From: Alloascoidea hylecoeti
Taxonomy: Eukaryota
DNA: 64,000 nt
Direction: 5' to 3'
NCBI GenBank assembly: GCA_001600815.1
Contig: BCKZ01000042.1
Location: forward strand, 1 to 64,000
Both the position numbers and the translations under genes were made by a program. Of the stretch, positions 55,751 to 64,000 are shown one piece after another. The notes under the pieces were generated by a model. The model was not told the origin of the DNA. It searched no databases and was given only the letters and a program-made list of their open reading frames with translations. Every line of letters starts with the position of its first letter. Positions within the stretch are counted from its first letter, which is position 1.

Positions 55751-56480
55751 ATGTCTTCATTAGCTCCCCCTCAAGGTGATAAACCAACAAGGCGAGGAAG
55801 AAGGTCTTCAAGTATAATTGCACATGTTCCTGCTGAAACTGTTGAAGAAGAAAGTGATCAGATTGTTGATTCTAATATGAATGCTAACTGGGTGAATTCA
55901 AAAGGTATATCAACATCATCATCATCATCATAACCTTTTGTCTTTTATCTTTAATACTAACATTATCATTCATGATTTATTTTTAGGTGCCTGGGGTATT
56001 CATATCTTCATCATCGTTTTATTAAAAACTTGTTATGATTTAATCCCAGCGTTAACACAAGAACAAGCATGGACTTTTACAAATTTAACCTATGTTATTG
56101 GTTCATATATCATGTTTCATGGCATTAAAGGAGTTCCTTTTGATTTTAATGGTGGTGCTTATGATTATTTAACAATGTGGGAACAAATTGATGGTGGTGA
56201 TCAATATACTCCATCTAAAAAATTTCTATTAGGTGTACCTGTTGGTTTATTTTTAATTTCAACTCATTATAGTAAATATGATTTAAATATGTTTATATTT
56301 AATGGGTTGATTTGTTTGGTTGGTGTTATTCCAAAATTACCAAGTGTAAGTTATTCATTCATCATTCATTTTTCATTCTGATTATGATCATTTTTACTAA
56401 CTAATTAATAGACTCATCGATTAAGAGTAAATATCCCTGGTGTGGCAATCCAACCAGGAACTGAAGAATCTGAAATATAA
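55751..56480 (+). CDS. ORM1: Orm/ORMDL sphingolipid homeostasis protein, 3 exons (55751-55904, 55987-56345, 56412-56480)
   Basis: RRSSS phosphosite; NMNANWVNSKGAW across intron 1; FHGIKGVPF, LTMWEQID; PKLPSTHRLR across intron 2. Confidence 0.95.
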
Positions 56481-57035
56481 AAAAATTTATCATTTTTCTT
56501 CAACTTTTCTTTTCTTTTTCTTAAGCTATTAATTATTATTATTATTTTATAAATAATCTTTTTATTCTTAATTCTTTACCTTTTAATTATTTTTTGATTG
56601 ATCAATAGATTTATATAATCTAAATATATATTGCTTGCTTATAACTCGAAAACTGCAAAAACATAAAATACAAAAATACAAAAGCAAAAAATAAAAAAAC
56701 AAACACAAACACAAAATAAAATCAATGGGGATTTCATCATTAATGTTAACATTACAATCAATTACATAATTTTACAATTACAATTACAACTACATATTTC
56801 CTCCAATTCTTTCTTTCTTTCTTTTATTTATTTTTGTCAACATCATGTATAGTTTTAACGTTTATTAATAAACCTATTAAATATTAAATAACTTTGCTTG
56901 ATTGATTCATAATCATTGTAATTGTAATTGTAAACTGAAATGACCTTTAAAGATTTAATTGTTCAATAGATTATATAATAAAAGTGAAAAACATTGAATT
57001 TTGAATTATCTTATTATGAATTTATCATTTTATAT

Positions 57036-57411
57036 CTAATTTTTATCCTCTTTTAAAAATTCACTATGAAACAAACAAGTTAATATCAAACCCATCATAA
57101 AAACCAAATAATTCCATTATAAACTTACCCGAATATCTTCTCGAAATCAAGTTCTTTATCTTCAGAAGCAACAGGAGCAACAGGTGCGGGAGTCTTAGCA
57201 CTGGCTTCTGATCCACCTCTTGGCCATAAAGCAGCAACAGTAGTTAAAGATAATGTTGCAAGAGATAACTATTAAAATAATTAGAAAAACATCATTCTCC
57301 AATAACTGAATTGAATCTTCAACAATATTCAATAATCTTCATTCTTCCAACAATTCAACATACAATATATGGCTCAACAGTTTTGCCAAAGATAACGTAA
57401 CCAGCACCCAT
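57036..57411 (-). CDS. ATP19: Mitochondrial ATP synthase subunit k, 71 aa, 3 exons (57411-57364, 57268-57129, 57063-57036)
   Basis: Spliced product MGAGYVIFGKTVEPYILSLATLSLTTVAALWPRGG...DKELDFEKIFGEFLKEDKN. Donors GTATGT and GTAAGT, TAG acceptors, phases consistent. Confidence 0.85.
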
Positions 57412-57967
57412 TTTTAAAAAGTTATCAATTGATTTGTTTCAAAAAGAGTAATAATAAACAAAAGTTTAAGAAAGGACAAGTTTAAGTGGAGGTTGAACTT
57501 TGGTGGTTGGTGGTTGGTGGAAAGATCTACAGCCAATGAATAACCCAGAAACCTTCAAATTTCGGCTCCACGGAATTTGAATCAACGTTAAAACGGTGAA
57601 ATTATAAAAATGAATCAAAGGTCGAAAAATAACATTTTTTTGTACAATAATTGTCATTCTAAACGTAAAATTATTAATTATTTATTATTGTATATTAATA
57701 TTTATATAATCAATAAAATAAAAACTAGAACATGTATACTTTTATTAAATCAATCAAGAACAAATTTTAAACAATATTTTCATTTTAAACAAACGTTATA
57801 ATTAGATAAATAAGGGCATATATATATAAATTTTTTTTTCCTTCTCAAAATATTTAGTAATAGTAATAATAATAATAATAATAATAATAGTAATAATAAT
57901 ATATAAAGTACAATCTTTCAAGTTTTTCATTTTTTTTTTTTTGAAAAATTGTAATCAAATTTTCAAA

Positions 57968-60900
57968 TTATGCAAGACCAAAACCTATATGACCTTCCGT
58001 TATAGCCAACAATAATGATCCTCTTAATGTTTCATAAGTATCATATTCAGGTAAATCAATTTGATTGAAACAAGTATGTGAAGAAGGAAGTCTATCTTTA
58101 CTTCCATAATCTCTATGAATACTAAATTTAGAAATTCCATTAACACCTCCTAATTCTTTAAATCCATTTAATGGTACTTTACTTGTACCAGTTGCAAATT
58201 GTAATAATTTTGCACGTTCTTCTGTATCAAATGATTTAACTGCTCTCCAAAACCATTGAATTTGTGGTGATGCTGGTGAATAATTATTATATTCTGAATT
58301 ATTTCTCCAATCATCAACATCAATATCTGGTAAACCAGAAATAAGTAATTCTAATTCTTGTTCATCAAATATAGCAATTAAATCTTTTGGTATAATATCA
58401 TGGAAACCTGATAAGAAATGATCCATTTGTTCCATAACTGATGATTGAAGTCTATATTCAGTGACCAATCTAACATATTCTTGTTTATTTTCTTCAGTAA
58501 CAGGAATATTCCTACCATTTGGAATAAGATCTTTAATTTTAACTTCACCGTAATCATCAGTTTCAACTGAAAAAGTTTCTGTTATAATATCAGTAATATC
58601 ATTTTCTAACATCCATAATAAAGATTTATAATATTCTAAATCTAAAGTTTCCATATCTTTTAAAGAAACAGATTTTCCTAAAATTCGTTTATAAACTGCT
58701 CTACTAAAATGACAATCTAAAAATTTCCCATCATAAATTGCTTTACCAATTATACGACCAATAAATTTAAAAAATGAAAGATGTTCAGGATTTGCCCACG
58801 ATGTTCTATTTGGATGAAAAGTTGTTTTATCTGATGCAACTGGTGTAAATAATGCATAATCTGGATTAAACATTTGTCTTGATAAAACTTGAAACCATTC
58901 TCTTGTAACTCCACCAGCATCAACTCCTGCTTCACCTCTAAAATTAATATCAAGTTTTGCATATTTTATTTCATCAGGTGTTTTAAAAAACATTGATTTA
59001 TAAGAATCTAAGAAAATACTTTCTCTTCTAACATTTAATTTTAATGTTGGAATATTATCATTTTTTGTATGTAATTTTCTATTAAAAAAATTTCTTTTAT
59101 TATCAAATTCAAGAACTTTTAAATTTCTTGCTAATAATGAAAATGGTCCACTCATTAATTTTGGACTATTTCTAACCATTTGATTTAAAATTTTTTTATG
59201 TTCATCAGTAAATGAAAAGAATAAATTTTCAATTGGTTCATTTGAAAAATCATGTTTTTTAGCTTCATATTTCATAACTTCTCGAATTGGTAATTCTTTA
59301 ACTTTGCTATGTTTACAAACAACCATTAATGCTTCCATAAGTGGTAAAAGAACAGTTGCAACATGATTGAGATCAGTTCGATCTTGGACTAATCTTAAAC
59401 AACCACTTAATGCACCCCAAAGTGGTCCAAGTGCTAAACTTTCATATACTTGGGTAAGTTTTGGTGAATCTTTAAATTCTTGATATTCTTTACCATTTTT
59501 TTTCTTTGAATCAAATAAATAATCAAGTGCTGTTAAAACTCGAAGAAGTTTAGCTTGATCAGAACTAGCTGGTGAAAATTTGGATAATGTTGTACCACGA
59601 ATATCATCTCCTAATGGTGTTTGTTTAATTTCAGAAACAAGATCATTTAAATCATTTACTATTCGTTTACCAATAACTGATGCTTGTTCTCCAAGTTCAA
59701 TTGGAAATAATCTTCTTGCATTCGGAACAACTGATAAATTTTGCATAGTAGTTAAAGTTTGTTGAAATGATTGGCTTGTACAATCATCTGCCGTTAATAC
59801 AGACACTATAACTTGAAGATTATGATCAGGAATAATAGGTGGATTTGCTGTTTTCTTACCCTCAGAACTCTTCTCAACTGATTTTTCAATTTCCTTTCCT
59901 TTGCCACTAGGTGTTGTCATTTCAACATCAGCTTTATTTTCACCTTCTGTTCTCATAGGAGTATCTGAAGATGTCTTTGTATCCAATTCTTTCTTATCTT
60001 TATCATGAAATTCCTTTTTCCAACATGTTAATGGACGACTAACAGCCTGTAATACTCGAGTAACCCTTTCGATCAATGTAGAATTCTCATGAACAACAGG
60101 ACTTTCAAGAAGTGAAATAAGTGCATTGATAGGAAATTTATTTTCTTTGGAAACTTCTTTAGATTTAGATTTACTCTTGTTTTGCTTTTTAAATCCAATT
60201 GGATATTCATGTTCACAAAGGAAATAATACCTGATATGTGAATCTGAAAATAAAAGTGATTGTAAAGCTTCTATAATTTGTTTACCAACAGTAGCTCTAG
60301 AAGTTTCAGATGGGAATTGTTGATATGATGATTCTTTAAATTTCAAAGGGGTATTGGGAGTTCGAGGTGTATTTTTATTAGCTTGTGGTGGTAATGCTTT
60401 TGCTCTTCCACTCGTTTGAACAAATGCCCTTTCTAATGAATGTTGATCAAACATACCATCCTGAAGTATGCTCATCATAATATTTAAAATTTCTACCCGG
60501 GTTTGCTTGTTGTAAGAAAGAATATATAATAAATCATATAAATGCTCTCTTTTATTCCATGGTTGAGGTAAGAAAAGTAGTCGTATTAAAGAAGCAATCC
60601 CATTTCTTTCTACTAATGGTAATGTAAAATTTTTCTTTTTAGATTCTTTATTAGTAGTAATAGGCATTTCTCCAGCAGGGACTTCATTTCCTGCTCGAAT
60701 TTGTCTTATTAACATCCCAGGAATGTTTCCAAATGGAGGTATAATTCTAGTATGCATTTGCTCCGTACCTTCAGCACCCTCATCTGATTCTTCTTGTTGA
60801 CCCAATTCTTCCTGTCTTCTTACCATTTCCTCCTGCGCTAAGACTTCATTACGGATGGATTCAGGTAATGCTTGTAAGAACTCAGGGTCAATTTCTCTAT

Positions 60901-63900
60901 TTGATTCTCCAGTGGTTTGAGCAGCAGCCCGTTGTTCACGAACATGTTGAGAAAATACCTCTTCCCTCATATCTTCCGGAAGAGCCTCTAAAAAGGTTGG
61001 ATCAATACCCATTCCACCAACATCAACATCTCTATCTCCAATCCTAACAAACACATGATCACCAGTGGGTGCTTGAGCATCAGTTACAGCTTCGTTAATG
61101 GCATTTTCTGCTGCTGCTGCTTCCTCTCTAGCCTCTCGTTCACGCCTCTCCTGCTCTTCTCTTTCTCGTTTCTTTTCTTCTTCTCGTTTACGCTTCTCTT
61201 CTAATTCTTTTTCTCGTTCACGTAACAGTTTCTCTGCTTTCTCCTTACGTATTTTTTCCAATTCCAAACTAGGTTCATAAATCGCATTAAGAACGGAAGC
61301 TGCCAATCGTTTAGCATCCTCTTCATGGCTAGCTATGGCAAACATTCTAGCCGTTTCATCCCATCTTTCAACAACCGACATAAATCTAAAGCTATTCGAA
61401 GGATGATGACCTGATACTTGATTTGTACGACTATCTCGGAAACGGTCAGATCTTCCTAACATGCGTTCGATTTGTCTAACACTGGGATAATCACGATTAT
61501 TTAGATTGAGGTTAACTCTTGAACCAGGATGCATCTGTAGGGTGACTTGTCTGACTATATCACTTAATAAGGAAGCACTTTCGTTTAGACCAGACGAAGC
61601 GCCATATACACCGATTGTATCGTTTGAACGTTCCATCAAAAATTCTGGTCTTCTATATTGTGAAGGGCGTCGTTCCATTTCTATAGGTCGAACTAGCAAT
61701 GGGTTAGATGATAGATTTCGTGATTCATCACGAATTATTCCGGAAAATCTACCAGAAGCACTATCATCATCACTCATCTCACCATCTCTAAAGAAGTCAA
61801 TGGCCTCATTTCCCAATTCATCATCAATATCAATATAATTAGCATCAGAAAGTTCACTCCCACTTTCACTTATACTAGGAGCATCTTCATCTAGACTGTT
61901 ATCATATTCTTGCATTATTTCTTCAAAATTATCAGGTCCATGATCTTCTCCTTCTTCATCCTCTTCATCTATTGATTCCCAGTCTGATTCCCTATCATAA
62001 GTATCATCATCGTCCATATGTTCACTATCATCACTTTCTGTGTCCATATCTTCATCGGAGATTTCCTCCCCAATTAATTCGACACTTATATGTTCATCAT
62101 CATCTGAAGAATGCCCAAATGATCCAGTGTCATGTTCGTCAAGATAACCCTCTTCTTCTTCTTCTATATCATCCGATATATCAGATTGAAGTTCATCGTC
62201 ATCCTCATCTTCTTCCTCATCGTAATCCATTTCTTCTTCTGCAACAGATCCCATATCTTCATTTTCTTCATCATATAAAGCTTCATCTACATCATACATT
62301 CCTAAAGAAGAATTCTTAAAAATATCTGGAGTATCGCTTCCAAATTCATCAGTTCCATCAGATCCAGCCTCGTCTTCATCTTCATTTTTCGGATTTTCCT
62401 TCTCAAAGAGTTCTGACTGTTCTGAACGAACACTAGATATTAAATTTAAAGGGCGTAGTATAGATTTTATTATTCTTTTGGAGTTTGGATAATTCAAATC
62501 AAGATCAGAAAACAATGATGTTAGAATGTTTGTAGCACCTCGATCAATAAAACTTTTTGCAATATGATAAGGGTCGTTTGATGTTACATCTGTATCAAGA
62601 CAATTTCCTAGTACAGAACGAGACCTTGTGGAGAAAAGACTTTCGATTAAATCAGCCAAATCTATTAATTTACTATATTTCTTCTCTGTAGTATCTGTTG
62701 AGTTATGGGCATCCTTCATTGCTTTCACTATAGTATCCGCTGTTAAACGTCTAGTAGATGCGCATAATTCATCTTCTATTTTTTTAGAAGGATCATATTC
62801 AGGAGTTACAATAGTAGAAATAAGTGAAAGAATAACAAGCTTTGATAAAATAGAAAGTGTGCATTTCCTTTCGTATTGAATACCCGATGATTCAATAAGA
62901 CTTTCAGTGGGTAATAGTTGATATATGATATAATTTAGTGCAACTGGTCGTGCCTTATATTGCAATGAAAACAACGGTTTTCTTGAAAAAATAAGAAACT
63001 CAAGTTTACTTTCCTTATAAGAAGATAAAAGCTCAATAATAGTTTGAAGTAAGAAACAAGCATAGTAAAATTTAGAACTGCTTTTATGATTGTTCTTTGA
63101 TTCATCTTCAGAAGTATTTTCAGTGGGAGCATCTGCTAGAATATCAGCTCTCTTTATGGAGACGAGTTCCGATAATAATAAATTCATGGCACCTGTTGAT
63201 TTATTACTTACAGAAGAATTAAAGGATTTAACAACTGTCAGATCTAATTCCTGTCCTGTTAATGCATCTGTCATAGAGATATCGCCCTTTGTATCATCCT
63301 TTGGTTCGGTGGTACCACTTTCTTCATCTTTTTCAGTTTTGGGAGGGACTGCTCTAACAGTAAAATCATTTATTGGAGTGGTACAATTATCAAGACGTAA
63401 TGTTTCTTTCGAAACTTCAATAAAAATACTAGGTGATCTTAAGACAAGAGGATAGTGTTTCTTTAATAATGTGTTCAAGTCTCGTGGTCTGTTTGGGGTG
63501 AATTCAGAATTTACTTCCGCGGAAATATATGTTTTAATCATATCATGGTTTTCCATATTATATCGTAGTAAAATTAATGTTGCAGCACTGAGCTTCTCAC
63601 AATCTTTAGATCCTGAGTATTTCTCGACGGATTTCAGTAACCCCCGCATTACCGGAGCATGAATTGTTCTTGCAGCATAAGAGGAATCCTTTCCAAATAA
63701 AACTAATAATCTAGCAACTGCTATCGCCAACTCTTCTGTATTTAAATCTTCAATTTTTAAAATGAACGAAAACAGGGTTTCTTTTTTTTCATCTGTAAAT
63801 TTAACAGAGGGTACAACTTTGGGTAGACTTGAACTAGAAATAACATCTACTGAAGGGGCTTCCACTTTTGGTGCAATTGAAGCCGATAACAATCGTTCTA

Positions 63901-64000
63901 TAAGCAGTAATGCTTTAGGGAACCAAATTTTATGAGCATTTTCTTCAGTAAAGATAGCCAATGAGAAGTCAATCAAATTTCCTAGAGTTTCTCTACAACG
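57968..64000 (-). CDS. TOM1: HECT E3 ubiquitin ligase Tom1/HUWE1 (partial, 5' part beyond the window)
   Basis: The frame is open to base 64000. UBM repeats (IDPTFLEALPEDMREEV, IDPEFLQALPESIRNEV), an acidic tract, and a HECT domain with catalytic PSSHTCFNQ. Confidence 0.97.
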   Translation of the reverse strand, partial: RCRETLGNLIDFSLAIFTEENAHKIWFPKALLLIERLLSASIAPKVEAPSVDVISSSSLPKVVPSVKFTDEKKETLFSFILKIEDLNTEELAIAVARLLVLFGKDSSYAARTIHAPVMRGLLKSVEKYSGSKDCEKLSAATLILLRYNMENHDMIKTYISAEVNSEFTPNRPRDLNTLLKKHYPLVLRSPSIFIEVSKETLRLDNCTTPINDFTVRAVPPKTEKDEESGTTEPKDDTKGDISMTDALTGQELDLTVVKSFNSSVSNKSTGAMNLLLSELVSIKRADILADAPTENTSEDESKNNHKSSSKFYYACFLLQTIIELLSSYKESKLEFLIFSRKPLFSLQYKARPVALNYIIYQLLPTESLIESSGIQYERKCTLSILSKLVILSLISTIVTPEYDPSKKIEDELCASTRRLTADTIVKAMKDAHNSTDTTEKKYSKLIDLADLIESLFSTRSRSVLGNCLDTDVTSNDPYHIAKSFIDRGATNILTSLFSDLDLNYPNSKRIIKSILRPLNLISSVRSEQSELFEKENPKNEDEDEAGSDGTDEFGSDTPDIFKNSSLGMYDVDEALYDEENEDMGSVAEEEMDYDEEEDEDDDELQSDISDDIEEEEEGYLDEHDTGSFGHSSDDDEHISVELIGEEISDEDMDTESDDSEHMDDDDTYDRESDWESIDEEDEEGEDHGPDNFEEIMQEYDNSLDEDAPSISESGSELSDANYIDIDDELGNEAIDFFRDGEMSDDDSASGRFSGIIRDESRNLSSNPLLVRPIEMERRPSQYRRPEFLMERSNDTIGVYGASSGLNESASLLSDIVRQVTLQMHPGSRVNLNLNNRDYPSVRQIERMLGRSDRFRDSRTNQVSGHHPSNSFRFMSVVERWDETARMFAIASHEEDAKRLAASVLNAIYEPSLELEKIRKEKAEKLLREREKELEEKRKREEEKKREREEQERREREAREEAAAAENAINEAVTDAQAPTGDHVFVRIGDRDVDVGGMGIDPTFLEALPEDMREEVFSQHVREQRAAAQTTGESNREIDPEFLQALPESIRNEVLAQEEMVRRQEELGQQEESDEGAEGTEQMHTRIIPPFGNIPGMLIRQIRAGNEVPAGEMPITTNKESKKKNFTLPLVERNGIASLIRLLFLPQPWNKREHLYDLLYILSYNKQTRVEILNIMMSILQDGMFDQHSLERAFVQTSGRAKALPPQANKNTPRTPNTPLKFKESSYQQFPSETSRATVGKQIIEALQSLLFSDSHIRYYFLCEHEYPIGFKKQNKSKSKSKEVSKENKFPINALISLLESPVVHENSTLIERVTRVLQAVSRPLTCWKKEFHDKDKKELDTKTSSDTPMRTEGENKADVEMTTPSGKGKEIEKSVEKSSEGKKTANPPIIPDHNLQVIVSVLTADDCTSQSFQQTLTTMQNLSVVPNARRLFPIELGEQASVIGKRIVNDLNDLVSEIKQTPLGDDIRGTTLSKFSPASSDQAKLLRVLTALDYLFDSKKKNGKEYQEFKDSPKLTQVYESLALGPLWGALSGCLRLVQDRTDLNHVATVLLPLMEALMVVCKHSKVKELPIREVMKYEAKKHDFSNEPIENLFFSFTDEHKKILNQMVRNSPKLMSGPFSLLARNLKVLEFDNKRNFFNRKLHTKNDNIPTLKLNVRRESIFLDSYKSMFFKTPDEIKYAKLDINFRGEAGVDAGGVTREWFQVLSRQMFNPDYALFTPVASDKTTFHPNRTSWANPEHLSFFKFIGRIIGKAIYDGKFLDCHFSRAVYKRILGKSVSLKDMETLDLEYYKSLLWMLENDITDIITETFSVETDDYGEVKIKDLIPNGRNIPVTEENKQEYVRLVTEYRLQSSVMEQMDHFLSGFHDIIPKDLIAIFDEQELELLISGLPDIDVDDWRNNSEYNNYSPASPQIQWFWRAVKSFDTEERAKLLQFATGTSKVPLNGFKELGGVNGISKFSIHRDYGSKDRLPSSHTCFNQIDLPEYDTYETLRGSLLLAITEGHIGFGLA

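Overview
AT-rich fungal (Saccharomycotina-like budding yeast) nuclear DNA with short spliceosomal introns and, by conserved-position evidence, the standard genetic code (CTG=Leu). Left to right: 3' end of a Nha1/Sod2-type Na+/H+ antiporter; a 5'-truncated and a full secondary-alcohol-dehydrogenase copy; a decayed membrane-protein ORF; FKS1 (two 5'UTR introns); eIF2A; an expanded OTU1; RPL10 (structured 5'UTR intron); BOS1; SCW4/10-like glucanase; RSC1/2; LPD1; SGD1; MSP1; ERV1; a 1542-aa verprolin-like protein; two tandem pyruvate decarboxylases; AHC1-like; ORM1/2; a three-exon ATP19 missed by the ORF track; and the 3' part of TOM1. I reconstructed 17 introns by hand. The long intergenic regions (about 0.4-9 kb, 18.7-21 kb and 46.3-49 kb) hold heavily decayed Tc1/mariner-like transposase fragments and a dispersed ~23-bp repeat family. 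The most intriguing unexplained signals are a possible RNA switch/poison exon in the RPL10 leader intron, a ~1-kb ORF-free locus divergent from RPL10 with base-pairing that favours the minus strand, and a remodelled VRP1. These are hypotheses from reading by eye: no searches or folding computations were run. No tRNA, rRNA or CRISPR array was found.
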